From contig JAPEUD010000072.1 in NCBI GenBank assembly GCA_026026165.1, positions 1 to 64,000 on the forward strand: a stretch of DNA of 64,000 bases, read 5' to 3'. The notes beneath the pieces are model-generated. The model worked only from the letters and a program-made list of their open reading frames with translations, did not search any database and had not been told where the DNA came from. This DNA comes from Sarea resinae (taxonomy: Eukaryota). A program made the position numbers and the translations under genes. This document shows positions 37,824 through 51,000 of this stretch, piece after piece. The stretch's first letter is position 1. Each line of letters opens with the position of its first letter.

Positions 37824-38905
37824 GTTGGTGCCTAGGAGTACTAGTGGGTGTGGGTGAGGAGGTGAAGTTGAGAAGGAGACGAAGACGCGGTGGAGCAGGT
37901 GGCCGATCGATCGACGAGGAGTCGGAAGGAGATGGGAGGGATGGGGACGAGACGCCGATGCGAGAGATTGGTGCATAGGTGCATAGGCCCATGAGTGGAA
38001 TTGAAGCGCAGGCATATTGTGTACAGGAGCTCGATACAGCTATAGAGACGCGAAAGTAGAAAGAACCAGACTGTGTGTTATGTTCGCCTGTCCTCTCAGA
38101 TGCGTATGTACCATTGTTGGGCAGAAGAAGAAGAGGAGGAGAAGAGGGCATAGATTGTCTAAACGATCTCAACTCGACCCGCTTCTATTCATGAGTAACG
38201 CTGTTATATCACCCGTGTTTGCCAGATCCTTGAACCTACCTCTTTCTGCCAAAAACGACACGGAGAATCCGGGCTGTTTTTCTCCCGATATATATGTGAG
38301 GTGTGCTGCTATATAGTAGGCAAATAGGCATCGCCCGGACGAGCCGGGTTATAGTAGTCTGTTTATATGGCGCACGTAAACCAAAGTAAGGGAAGGGAAG
38401 GAAGCGGATTTTCTAGATATAAGAGGGTGGGTACTGTTGTTAAGATGTAGGAGGGCTAGGGTGTGTCTATTTACTTTACTTGTTTACTTGTTTCCTTGTT
38501 TTACTACCTATATAGGAGCGGTTCTTGTAGAGAAGGAGAGAGAGAGAGAGAGAGAGAGAGGAGGTGCAGTAGGTAGCAATATTAATCTATAGCCTCGCAA
38601 TATTAGCAGTCTAAACAGTAGTCAATCAAGCAAAGAGTAGTACTATACAAGTCGCCCGGTCTACAAGTCCACAAGTCTATAGAAAAAACCACCAGAGTAT
38701 GGATAGGTAGAAAGATAGATTCGGAGATGGGTTCGATATGGTTTTCTGTATCGAGGGCTCCTTGGATCCTAAGATCCGAAGGTCTGAAGATTAAGGTTGA
38801 GACTAATGTTGAGACTGAGATTGAGATGGAGATGGAGATGGAGATTGAAGCTGGAATGGCGCGCTAATGGATATCTAGAATACATGGCCCCCTCCTCTTT
38901 ATCAC

Positions 38906-41900
38906 TCACTTCTCCCTCTCCCTCTCCCTCTCCCTACCGCCGCTCTGCGCGTGCGGCGCGTGCGGCGGCCGGACCTTTCTGAAACAAGCAAACTCGCCCC
39001 GGGTGCTCTCCCGGAGCCTCTTGAGGATAGCGCGCATCTCGGGCAACTCGTCCTGCAGGCGCTTGCGGGCGTCGTTGTCGGTGCCGCGGTCGAGCTCGAG
39101 ATAGATCTGCGACGTGATCTCGGACACGCGGTCCGAGGTGTACTGGCTCAGCGTCTGGGCGACGAACTCGACGTCGAGCGTGGCCTGCATGAGCGCGGGC
39201 AGGCTGTAGCGGGCGCGGGCGCCGCGCGCCTTGAACGCCTCGAGGAGCGCCAGCGATAGGTGCTCGAGCGTGTGCGAGAGCACGGGCGCCGCGAGTGCGG
39301 GCGACGTCGTGGCCAGGTCCGAGTGCAGCAGCACGAGCTGCAGCAGCGCCGTGTAGATGTACGGCCGCACCGACACGGGCCGGTGCGTGGTAGGTTCCCA
39401 GTCTAGGGAGGCGATAGCGCGGGCCACGAGGCTGCGCAGCGTCGTGATGGTCGGCGTCGTGTACGTCGTGAACAGTTGCCCTTCGATCTCCGACAGCGCC
39501 GTCGCGATCGTGCTGGTCTCCGATGTCAGCTTGACGCTGAAGTTGGTCTCGAATTGGCCGATCAGTTGCGGCACCAGCGTCGAGCGGAGCGTCTGCAGGT
39601 TCGACAGCGTCAGGAGCATGCGCACGTTCTGATTGAGACGTTAGCCTGGAGTAGGAAAGACAAAGAGAAAAGAGACTTACCCGGTTGCTGGCGTCAATCC
39701 GATGCGACGCCGGCCCCTGCGACTCGGTGTTGTGGATCTGCTGAGCCGGAAAGTCGATGCCATGCCCCCATTCGTCCGCCAGGCACTGGTCCGATTTCTC
39801 CGCGCTCTCGACCATGCCGCTGAGAGCCTTGTACAAGCTCGTGACGAACTGGCTGCGCACCATCTGCAGCAACTTGGCCGGTGGCGGCGTCACCACGTCG
39901 TCCGCACCCGCTTTGCTCATGGCCTCGGAGATGTAGAGGATCTTCTGCATGCCGCCGAGGATGGACGACTCGAAAGCAACAAAGAACGCCGGCATCTTCG
40001 TCACGTCGCGTCGATCGGCCGCCCGCGTCCAGTCCTCGAGCACTTTGCAGTTCTCGGCGTCCTTGTTCCACGCCTCGCACACCGCCTGCACGCATCGTTC
40101 CCGGGCCCCGCTGACCAGACTCCGGAGTCTCTCCAGCGCGTTGTTGTTCTGCACCGCTCCGAGCGCGGCCATCTCGCTGGCGGCCGTGCCAACCAGAACC
40201 AGCAGCCGGCTCAGATAGTGCACGCCACTGAGCGAATTCGAGTAGGGCGGCCAGAACGCAAACTTCTCCCACGCCTCGCCCCTTTTCGGTGACGGCGGTG
40301 GGAGATGGGCCGGGTCGAACTTGAACCGCAGGTCTCGAAGGACTTTTGGTGACAGCGTTGCCGACCCGGGCGTGTCGGGAGTGGGCGGGATGGGCGTGAA
40401 CAGCATGGAGATGTCCTCGATGGGAGGATCCGCAAAGAAGGAGAACACGTTCTCTCGAACCAGATCGATGAGCTCTGCGGCCCCGTTGCGCAATTCTCTC
40501 ACGCCATCCGCCGAGATCTGATGATGCTTCTGACTCTGACCATCGATTCCGATCGGTAGAGTCTTTTGCGCCTTTCCGTCGATGAACGACTGGGCCGTCT
40601 CCCAGAAATCGACGACTTCTCCGAGGATCCCACCGTCGATAGCGAGCAAAGAGTTCAAAGATGCGTGGATTCTCTCCCACAGCTCGATCACTTGTACCGT
40701 ATCCATGCTGCCGGCCTTGTCTCTCAGGCCTTGGCGGGCCGCCGAGCGCAGATGGGATGCAACCGTCTTTGGGCTCGGCTTCTCACCATTGGCAAGGTGA
40801 CGCCGTAGAATTTCCACTTCGATCTTGAAGCGTTCAGAAGACAAGGCAATCTTCTGTTTCAGATGATCGTAGCGGCTCAATAGCCAGACCCAGATCGGGT
40901 TGTCCTGGACGCCCAGTTCAAGTAGGATACTGATATATTCAATGTGTTCGTCTGGCTGCACGCCGTCTATAATCGACTGCGTCGGTTGGACTGCCGTCAG
41001 CTTCCGCCAGACATCCCGCTTGAAGGATTGTATCTGTTCCTCGACATCGGCCCACATCCGCGCAGTAATGACAATCTGATGGATTTGCACGTCGGTAAGA
41101 GGCGATCGATCGCGCGCCGCCGCATTCGCCTTGTCCTTGGCGTCGTTTGCGAATCTGCGCGCGCGATGATACTCCTCGACCAGAAGTTCGTAGTCTTTTC
41201 TCTTGATGCAGTCGGCGATGGTACCGGCGAGCTCGAATACCCCTTTGTACCGTTCGACCGAATTCAACACCGCCTTCAAGCTGTCCTCTCTCTCCTTTCC
41301 CCCCAATGCAGGGCCCCACACTTCTCCAGCCTTGACCGAGAGCTCCAACAGAGGGCCTTTGATACCTTGGACGCCATATTCGCTCTCTTTCGTGAGAGCA
41401 TTTTTCTTCTTGCCGCCGCCCAGGCGCTGGCTGCTCGGGCTCACCGAGCGAACCCCGGCACTACTCGAGCGGAGATGGCCGTTTGACCTGCTGCTCTGTC
41501 TCGAGTGTCCACGTCGCTCGCTCTCGACCTCGGCGCCCTGGTTGCGCATCTCCGTGTAGACATTATCGATGGTTGCCTTGGCTCGCACGAAGCGTTCGAA
41601 ATTGGACTCCACCAGCACCTTGAGGGAGGCCGATTTCTGGTCGATGGATCGCGAGAGGAAGTCGAGGCCTTGCAAGAGTGATTGGGTCGATGAATTCGAG
41701 TGCACCTGCGAGAGGAAGAGCGCGGGCGAGAAAGTGGTCGAGGACAGCAGAAAGCGATTCCCTGGAACGGGAGTCAGCAACTAGGTCCAACAGCCCTACC
41801 AAAGAAGATTGACGTACTTAATTTCGAATCATCGTCCACAGGCAAGCCGCGAGATCTCAGGATGCGCACCACACTATCCGTCGCGCCCAAGGGATCCGGC

Positions 41901-42178
41901 TCGTCCTTCTGCACGAGGTTCTCGACTCCTTCATTGGTCTTCTCGGCGCCTGGCACGAGATGCCGGCGATCGCTGACGCGACGCTCGAGGGCAGAGTACC
42001 TTGACCGCGAGCGACGAAGATCGGCTTTGGGCGGAGAGGTATTGCTGTTTGGGTTTGTGTTTGTATTTGGCAGGTCGACATCCGAGTCATCGCTGTCGTC
42101 CTTGTCGGCGGGCCATTCGGTGGGGTAGGGAGAATTGAGGCCGTAGTGGTTCAAGACGGTGCGCTCATAGTCGGTCAT
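38906..42178 (-). CDS. SEC5: Exocyst complex component Sec5
   Basis: DEPDPLG, FSPALFLSQVH, LKVLVESNFERFVRAKATID, LMQATLDVEF; two introns (~41765-41815 and ~39628-39680). Confidence 0.93.
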
Positions 42179-42717
42179 GATGTTGACGTTGACTCTGAAG
42201 GTAGTGGTGGTGGTGATGCTGGCGATGATGGCGATGATGGTGATTGAGGTTCAGCGCTACCTCCCTAGTCGGTATTCATCCATGCCCCGGGTCCCTGTTA
42301 GGTTGCCCGTAGTATCTCCGGTCCGGAACTGAGGAGAATTGAAGGCCCGAAAGGTGCGCCGGGAGACTTGCGAGTACGGGGAAGGTACGTGGGGTGCCGC
42401 ACCCACGACGGCCAGCAGCGAGGTCTCTTCTCTCGCCTGCCGTGTACCGGACATCGGCTACGGGACGTGTATGAGGTACTCCCTTCTCGACGGGATTTGC
42501 TTCTTCTCTCCCTCCAGGAATCCTCATCATCTCTGCTTGCACCTCCAAACCTGCATTCTCTCACCCTCATCTTTACCCTCTCCCCTCCTCACCCGTCCAC
42601 TGCCCACTGCCCACTTCCCACTTCCAGCCTGCGTGATCCTCTCGTCACTCCTCTGGACAAGCCTCGCTCTCCTGCCTCGATTTCCCTCCTCTCATCTCGG
42701 ATCCCTGATCGATCACC

Positions 42718-44181
42718 ATGTTGGCTTGTCGATCCTTTGCAACCCCGGCACGGCAGTGCTTGCGCCAGGTGAAGGGGTCGCAAAGGTGGGTGCCCGCATT
42801 GGCACAGGTCCGTGACATTCCTCTCCTCTCCTGGAGACCCTCCGACTCACCTTTCAAGCAGGCTCAGTCTCGAGCATACGCCGTTGCGGCCGAGGACAAG
42901 GTCGCCAAGTTCAAGGGCCAAAAGGGCGCCAGCGTGAGACCCCTGCTCCTCCTCGACCGGGCAACTACCACCCCTCGTGAATCAGGATGCTAATGCTCGA
43001 TGGCAGGGCAAATACACCGTGACGCTGATCGAGGGTGATGGTATCGGCCCTGAGATCGCACAATCCGTCAAGGACATCTTCGCCGCCGCCAAGGTAAACG
43101 ATTCCGCATCTCATATGCTTTCGCAGACGTTAATATGACCAAGGCGCCAATCGACTGGGAGCCAGTGGATGTCACGCCGCAGCTCAAAGACGGCAAGACC
43201 GTCATCCCCGACGAAGCAATCAACAGCGTCAGGAAAAACTACGTCGCCCTAAAAGGCCCCCTAGCCGTATGTTCCTCTCCCCTCTAGAGGCAATGAGTAT
43301 CTACTAAAATAAACCCCCAGACGCCCGTCGGCAAAGGCCACGTCTCGTTGAACCTCACCCTCCGCCGTACCTTCAACCTCTTCGCCAACGTGCGCCCCTG
43401 CCGCTCCATCGCAGGCTACAAAACGCCCTACGACAACGTCGACACGGTGCTCATCCGCGAGAACACCGAGGGTGAATATTCGGGCATCGAGCACATCGTC
43501 GTCGATGGCGTCGTGCAGTCCATCAAACTGATCACGCGCGACGCCTCGGAGCGCGTCCTCCGCTTCGCCTTCCAATACGCCGAGGAGATCGGGCGGAAGA
43601 AGGTGCGGGCCGTGCACAAGGCGACCATCATGAAGATGTCGGACGGGCTCTTCCTCCGCACGGCGCGCGACGTCGCGCAGGACTTCCCTGGCATCGAATT
43701 CGACGCTGAGCTGCTCGACAACGCCTGCCTGAAGATCGTCACGGACCCGATCCCCTACAATGACAAGGTGCTGGTGATGCCCAACCTGTACGGCGACATC
43801 CTGTCGGACATGTGCGCGGGGCTGATCGGCGGCCTGGGTCTCACGCCCTCGGGCAACATCGGCGACGAGTGCTCCATCTTCGAGGCCGTGCACGGGTCGG
43901 CGCCCGACATCGCCGGCAAGGCCCTCGCGAACCCTACCGCGCTCTTGCTCAGCAGTATCATGATGTTGCAGCACATGGGCCTGACCGAGCACGCCGACAA
44001 GATCCAGCGCGCTATCTTTGATACCCTCGCCGAAGGAAAGGTGAGTTTTTCCGTCCTTGTGTTGTCATCCTTTTTCTGGGTGTGTCAGCTGACTCGCATT
44101 GCCTTCTAGACCTTGACCGGTGATCTCGGCGGCAAAGCCAAGACGCACGAGTACGCCGAAGCCATCATCAAGCGGCTATAA
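42718..44181 (+). CDS. IDH2: NAD-dependent isocitrate dehydrogenase catalytic subunit 2, mitochondrial
   Basis: [49 protein letters not shown]; multi-exon. Confidence 0.93.
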
Positions 44182-44572
44182 GAGAGAGCGAGGGGGCGAG
44201 CGTGGGGGAGAGAGAGCAACGAACGTGCTCTAGGTGTAGTCGCAGCTCGTCAATCGAAGTAAGGGAGAATGGCTGGTGAGCGAGCGAGCAAGCGAACGAA
44301 CGAGCATAGTGGACGTCGTCATTGGGTTGGTTCCGGTCCTACAGAAACGGTCTCCTCTTGCCCTCTCTGTTCGCAAAAGGGGTGAGAGGAGGGGGTGAGG
44401 GGAGAGGGGCGGAAACCAATGGATATCCGGGCAACGACGGGCGATGATCGTGTAGCTGGATAGGTTATTAGGCGGATGGGTTGGTAGGCGGAGAAGCAGA
44501 TAGGGTCGGGTAGATGGCCGACGCCATGGATGAGCGAGTTCTTTTTTCTGCACCTCTTGCACCTGTACCATT

Positions 44573-45100
44573 ACACACACACACACACACACACACTCAC
44601 ACACTCAATATATGAACATGAACATGACCATGAACATGGATATGATATTGGATATGGACATGGATATGACCATGAACATGCATGTCACAATCTGTGGAAT
44701 AGATTCGAATGGGAAGGAATAGGGTGGTATGGGATGGAATGGGATGGAAAGGAACGGGATAGGGTGAGTTTTTGCTATGTTATGCTGTTAGGCAAGGCGT
44801 GTGTGTATATGTATTTGATGTTTGTATGTTTGTATGTTTGGATGTTTGTACTCCGTATATTTGGACGTATACACATAGTTGAGGGAAAAGAAGGTAGGTA
44901 AGTAGGTATGTGAGGACGGGGGGGTCAGGGGGAAGAGGGGGAAGAGGGGCGGGTGAAAGGGGGGTTCGGTAGGTGGGTGGGTGTTCTGCGCTGAATGTTT
45001 AGAACGGTGAGTGTGGAGTGTGGAGTGTGGAGTGTGGAGTGTGGAGAGAGTATAGAGTATTGAGTATGGAGGATAGAGTATAGAGTATAGAGTAAGTAGT
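44573..45100. repeat. Microsatellite-rich intergenic tract
   Basis: (CA)n ~44574-44603, CATGAA/CATGGA hexamers, (GTGTGGA)n ~45010-45046, (GAGTATA)n. Confidence 0.85.
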
Positions 45101-45457
45101 ATGCAGTATGTAATAACTAGTATCTAGTATAGAATATCGAGGATAGATCATGAAGTACGAGAGCATCGAGTGTGGACTGTAGATTATAGGTTATCGAGGA
45201 TAGATCTAGTATGGAGTGTAGACCATAGGGTCGAGTATGAAGTACGCAGCATGGAGTATGAGATATGTGGTATGGAGTATAGAGTATCAAGCACGAAGCA
45301 AACCACACAAACGCACAAAGCGGCCTCCCTGGACGCCTGACTCATAGAAAGAAAGAAGAGGAGAAAAGATGAGAAATGAAGAGAAGAGAAAAGAAAAAGA
45401 AAAGATGACAAAGAGCAGTCGAGTCATTTCTCGGCCAAACGCCATCTATCCACCTAC

Positions 45458-47413
45458 CTATCTGTCCATATCCACATCTGCATCCGCATCTGCATCCGCA
45501 TCTGTATGCACATTACCCGTCGTCGACATCGTCGTCATCGGGTTGGCAGACACCAGCATGCTCTTCGCGTCTTGCATCTCCTTGCCGCTAGCCCCATACC
45601 CATCGCTAGACCCAACTCCGTACCCTTCTGCCCCTTCCGCCTCATCATCATCATCGTCGCTAACATCGTCAAATTCATCGTCATCACTGCCGCCCTCCCG
45701 CTCGGCCATCTCGACATCCATAGCATCGAGCATCGCCTCGATAGCTAGTTCGCGCGCGCGGGTATCCGTGCTCGTGGTTTTGCCTGGCGGAGTGGGTTTC
45801 GCGAGGTGATGGAGTTGCGGATGAGGGTGAGATTGGATATCGCTGAAATGCTGATGATGGTGGTGGTGGTCAGAGTCGTCTTCTGTGCTATTATCGTCGT
45901 CGTCGTTGTTGATGGTGGTGTGGTACCGTGGATGGGTATTAAAGGTGCTGATGTTGGCACCAGCAGCATTGGCGGTGGCGTTAGTCTTTGTGGTAGTATT
46001 AAAATAGCTCTGACGAGGCTTCTTCGCATGCCCGTCCCCAGGCTCAGCTCCAACGCCAACTGTGTCCCCTTCGCGCGAGAGCGACGGCACATGCATGACC
46101 TGTTCGTCCATACCCAAGACAGGCGACGGCGTCGGCGCTCGGAAAGTAGAGAGATGATAGCTCGAGTTGCCGGGACTGGACATGAACAGCAGTGTTTCGA
46201 CGGCGTCTTGTTCCATGGCGGCTTTTTGGGTCTGGCTGACTGCCGTCGCGCGGCCTCGGTCTCTCCCTATGGCGGCGGCGGTAGCGGAAGAGGACGTTGG
46301 TTGTGATGACGGACGGATCGTAGATGGCGTGCTTTGCGCCCATGATAACTCGTCCTGGTTGTTGCTGCTGGATCGTTGGTGAATAGGAGACCAATGACCC
46401 TGTCCTCGTTGCAAGGGCGACACTTGCGAGAGCAGGGGTGGAGCACTATTATTATGGCCCTTGCGTCTACTAACGATATCGACGGGCGGGGCGAGTGATG
46501 GATGAGGGTTCTGTGATACCTGTGCGCGGAACATCCGTGAGGCGGGGTTGTTATTGCTGCTGTTATGATTGCGCCAGAAAGACTCGTAGGTGCGTGCCTG
46601 TTGCGTGCCGGTGGCGGCGGCGGCGGACGGCGGAGGTGACATAGGCGTATTACTCTGCGATGGCTGGTATTTGGTCTCCACGCTGCGATGTCGGGAGGGT
46701 AAATCTACGCCAGCGGAATCTGAGAGGGTCCTGACATGTCTGATCGATGATGGTGGTGGCTGCAGTGAACCATCCCTGTTCAGTCGGTTGTTTACCCTTT
46801 CGACGTTCGAATGCGACCCTCGCCGAGCCGTAGGACTATTTGGAGCAGATGACGCAGAAGGGATCCGTTGCACAGGCATGTAGCGATCAGCTTCAGCTAC
46901 CGGCTGGGGTTGTCCCCAGCCATGTTGGACTTTGGAAAAGGCAGTCGAAAGACGCGTGCGAAGTTGAGAGGACAGCTGCAATTCCGTCAGCGTTGAACTC
47001 GGCATAGAGTAAGACAGCAGAAATACCTTATTTTGGCCGGAGACATGAGAATGACCATTTGGAGCAGCATTCCCGTGCGAAGACAGAGCGCCAGCCGATT
47101 TGACTGAACCACTGGCCGTCCTCTTGCGCCCGTTGGGGCATTTTGGTCGGCCATCTGTGAATAGGCTCTGTTCACGACTCGGCTTCTCGAATCCATCATT
47201 TGCATTCCAGAGGGCCGCCTTCGTAGAGTCCTGCGAATTCTCTCTCTTCGCAGGTGATGGTTGTGGTGATGAACGCGAAGTAAAAGGGTGGTAGGCAACA
47301 AAGCTCCTCGTCGTCGCCGGGCCAGCCTCATCGAGACCGGTCATCTTGACAATGGGTGGGGTGGGAGGCTGCTCATCCTGCCCAGATGCGCCGGAAGAAA
47401 AAGCAAGCATCAT
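45458..47413 (-). CDS. Whi5/Nrm1-like G1/S transcriptional repressor
   Basis: GTB-like motif LRTRLSTAFSKVQHGW, conserved EQDAVETLLFMSSP, many SP/TP sites. Probable in-frame intron ~46980-47028; start codon uncertain. Confidence 0.72.
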   Translation of the reverse strand: MMLAFSSGASGQDEQPPTPPIVKMTGLDEAGPATTRSFVAYHPFTSRSSPQPSPAKRENSQDSTKAALWNANDGFEKPSREQSLFTDGRPKCPNGRKRTASGSVKSAGALSSHGNAAPNGHSHVSGQNKVFLLSYSMPSSTLTELQLSSQLRTRLSTAFSKVQHGWGQPQPVAEADRYMPVQRIPSASSAPNSPTARRGSHSNVERVNNRLNRDGSLQPPPSSIRHVRTLSDSAGVDLPSRHRSVETKYQPSQSNTPMSPPPSAAAATGTQQARTYESFWRNHNSSNNNPASRMFRAQVSQNPHPSLAPPVDIVSRRKGHNNSAPPLLSQVSPLQRGQGHWSPIHQRSSSNNQDELSWAQSTPSTIRPSSQPTSSSATAAAIGRDRGRATAVSQTQKAAMEQDAVETLLFMSSPGNSSYHLSTFRAPTPSPVLGMDEQVMHVPSLSREGDTVGVGAEPGDGHAKKPRQSYFNTTTKTNATANAAGANISTFNTHPRYHTTINNDDDDNSTEDDSDHHHHHQHFSDIQSHPHPQLHHLAKPTPPGKTTSTDTRARELAIEAMLDAMDVEMAEREGGSDDDEFDDVSDDDDDEAEGAEGYGVGSSDGYGASGKEMQDAKSMLVSANPMTTMSTTGNVHTDADADADADVDMDR

Positions 47414-47777
47414 GAGACAGAAAGCACAGGGTCGATCGCATCAAGCCTCTCGAGGTATCTGTGACTGTCGTGTCCAGAAAAATAGCAGTCTGGTGTGGTG
47501 CAGATGGATGAGAGCAGAGTCCAGTCCAGGCGGTCCAGATATCAACACTCCAGGACAGACAACCTCTTCGACTGAAGCTACTAGATGCTCGTTGACCGTC
47601 CCGATTTCATTGCAAGAGATGGCAGAATTGGCGGCGAATGTGATATTAAATGATAATTGAAGGTCACAGCAAGATTTATACAAGATTGAAGATACTCAGT
47701 CAAGTCGGATGGCGGGATAAGCAGTGGAGGGAGGGGTTGACGGTTGACACTGGATGGTTGACACTGGACTTGGGTAG

Positions 47778-47799
47778 ACGCGAATGCCTCGCTTCGCGT
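47778..47799. promoter_or_regulatory. Inverted pair of MCB/SCB-like sites (ACGCGAA-N8-TTCGCGT) upstream of the Whi5/Nrm1-like gene
   Basis: Perfect 7-bp inverted repeat containing ACGCG cores. Confidence 0.5.
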
Positions 47800-48085
47800 T
47801 GCGCCGGAACACGCTGATCACCTGCTAAATCCTATCTCCTATCTCAACCTCCTGGGACGGGACAATTCAGGAGAGACAATCATCACGACGACTTTTCGAT
47901 CCGGAAGAACCAATGTCATGCTGTAGTACCGATGCAGCAGCTTCCACGCCATGCCGTACCATAGTAATATCTAGTCTCAAACGCCATGCTATGCCATGCC
48001 ATGCAACATCTACCTCGTGCCCTTGACGTGCATCATGCAGCTGCAAGACCTCAAGCGAGCCATGCCGGATCGTGACCGACGACAC

Positions 48086-51000
48086 CTACTTCCTCCTTTT
48101 CCCTCCGCCGCCTCCGCCTCCATCATTCTTCCTCTTTTTGCCTTCCCGGCGCCAGTACTCATCCCGCTCACGCTTCTCCCTGTCCGCCCTCTTCTCTTCA
48201 TTCTCGGCAACCTTCTGCCGGTAACCCTTTCTGCGCTCTTCCTGCGCCTCCCTCCTCTTCGCCACCTTCTCATTTCGCAGCGTCATCACTTTCTGCAGGA
48301 GATCTCTGGCCTTCTTCTCCTCACCTCCAAGCACAACGGCCCGCTTCTGTAGATACGTCTCTTTACGTTGCGGCTTCATTTGCGCAATCTGAGACTTGAA
48401 AGGAAGATCTGCCGCTAGCTGTCGAGGTACGCGGAGGGGGTTGAAGTGACGAGTCGGGCGCTCGATTTGCTGCAAATATATGAGCCAAGGAAGCAAAAAG
48501 TGAAAAGGAAATTACTCACCCGATAAGCCGAGTTCTTTTGCTGCGGCGTAGGCAGACCTTCGTCTCGCCGAACTTCTCCCGTCAGCCTCATCCCGTTCCA
48601 TTCTGCAACTTCCCCGTTGGCTTCCGCGGCCGCGAGTAAATTCGTAACTGGGTTGTAGAACCTGTGCGGTCGGACCGGGTACCATGCTCGTAGGAAGACG
48701 ATATCGCTCATGAGGATCTTGTCTTCGAAGGTTGCACGGAATGTGCCTTCGGGCTTGCTAAGGGCTCTTTTGATTTGACCCCGGATCCCAGAAACGGTAC
48801 GAATGCTGGCTCCCTCAAACTTAGCAATCTCGAGCGAGGTGCTGAACATGTCCTTGATGAATGCCGTATTCTTGAAAATCTTATAGGGGTGGCCAGTGAG
48901 TTTGAGCTTCTTGACAATCTCCGTGCTCTCATCGACGTTCAAGACGACTCCAGTGGCAGCAATACGGAAGCCGGGGTTCTTGTTTGAGAAAGATTGCACA
49001 CAGCAGAAGCCAGTATTAGGAGCAACCAACGGGCCGTAGAAAGTGCCAAAACAGTGCATATGCTCCGGGGTGTACTTCAGCATCCGATTGCGCGTTCTTG
49101 AGTCCGATATACTGTAGACAGGCACGCTCTGGAAGCGCCTCCAGCCGAGTGAAAAGATCAATGGATCGTTCGTCTTCAAGATCTTCTTATGCCACCTATG
49201 GCGTTTGATCCGGACCTGGACGAACCCAAACCTCTCTTCTGTAGGCGATAAGCCTCCAATGACAATTGGATAGCGTGGATTGAAGCCAACTGTGAACTCA
49301 TACGGGACGTTCTCCAGCACGATTCTAGCATAAGTGCCGGCTTTGTAGCCTTCAACTCGTACTCGAGATTGCTCATCCAATTGATCGAATTCGGCTCGGT
49401 TGATGTCCAGTTGCTTTTGTATCTGAGCCTTCTGCGCATCATACCAGTCATCTTCCCCGAACTGCTCTTCATCATCACCTCCTTCTCGTCTGGCGTTGGC
49501 CTTATCGTTTGCGAAGCCTTCACGATCTTCTTCTTCGAAACGCAGCTTAAGCTCTTCCTTCCGACGTGCGTTGCGTTCACGCTCTGCCTCCAAGTCTTCT
49601 GGTTCGTCATCTGCTACTGCATTTGACTGGGGAGCGTTATGGTTCTCCCCGGTTTCGAGATCTTCAAACGCCCCATCACCTTCGTCATCTCCAGAAGAGC
49701 CATCTAGATCATCATCTTCATCATATTCACCTGACTTCTCCTTGAGCAAGTCTGCAGAGGCAAAACGTCGTCGTAGAGCCTCGACATTTTGGCTATCGCT
49801 CCATTTCTGCTCCAGAACTTCGTAGTCGTAACGAGGGATCGTGCGTTCTTCGAGTCCTTCGCTTTTCTTTTCGTGCTCTGCCTTTTTGAAGAAATCATCT
49901 TCCTCCTGGTCGTCGTCGGAACTCACTTCCAGGTCCTCATCACCAGCGCCCCCTCTCCACCTTTGAATCACCTCGGCCGGAGTTAGGGATTCGTCATACA
50001 TTGTCCTGACCAGATCTGCCGTTCTGAACTGAGGCCTGAACCCATGCATATTTCTTGCATTTTGCGCCAAATTATCTTTCCACCTGGTGGCACCGTCATC
50101 ATCCTCATCCACATCTTCATCACTTTCAGCTTCACCGTCATCCAATTCTTGGTCGTCGACGGATGATATGGATCCCAAGTCTGAATCGCTGTCGGCAAAT
50201 GCGAGATCTCCTTCTGCGGGCCCATTCTTTCCATCGATTGCGTCGGATTGAAAAGATCGTCCCAGCTTTGTTGTGGAGATATCAGTATCTTCAATGTACC
50301 CAGTGTCATCTTCATCTTCATCGTCGAGATCGTCCAATTCATTGACCTCTTCATCTTCCTCTTCCTCGCCGCTTTCGAAGCCTTCATCGTCATCCTTTTC
50401 GATGTTCTGGTCTTCACCTTCTGCTATTCTTGCATGGCGTCGCTGCTTACGACCCACATCTCCCTCTCCTTTTCCATCTACACCAGAAAGCATTTCGCCA
50501 CCGCTGAAAAGGCGCACCCCTGAATCGGCTTCACCGAGTAGCTTTCTTTCCCCTTGCAGGCCAACCACCATCTGTTCTCCAAGTCCCCTTTCAGCATAGT
50601 TGACGTCTTTGTCAAAGGTGGAGGACTTGACGTCGATATAAACAGCGTCTTTATCCACTAGGACACCTCCGACGTCGGACATAGGCGCGAAAAGAACTTT
50701 CTGCTTCTCCCCCAGTCGTCGACGCCCTCCTTTCCCGGTTGCCTTTGCGATAGCTTGATCCATAAATGGCGTGGGGCAAGGGTCAGGGAGTGCTTCGATC
50801 AACGAGACGCCGAGATCGCCAACACCTGGAACATGCACTCTAGCACCTTGTGCCGGGAAATTGGTTCCTCGTAGATAGCCGTACAGGGCTACAGTGCGGT
50901 CGCACTTGGGATTTTCTTCGATTACAGTTGGTGGGGTCAGATCGAGGAAGCGGTCGGCAAGGCAGTAAGGATGCGAGTTTCGCCAAACAAGCGGACGGGG

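Noticed and set aside
38934..39680. 948-aa SEC5 ORF with an unusual Arg/Ala/His-rich tail
   Set aside because: Artefact of reading through the intron at ~39628-39680; the true last exon is the 38906-39625 frame.
37155..44000. Long antisense or alternate-frame ORFs (37155-38015, 39694-40680, 43261-43992; also 60116-60922)
   Set aside because: Shadows of GC3-rich real genes, with no recognisable motifs.
21903..44181. CoA/acetate metabolic cluster (SCOT, ACH1, IDH2)
   Set aside because: The genes are separated by unrelated loci over more than 20 kb; probably coincidental.
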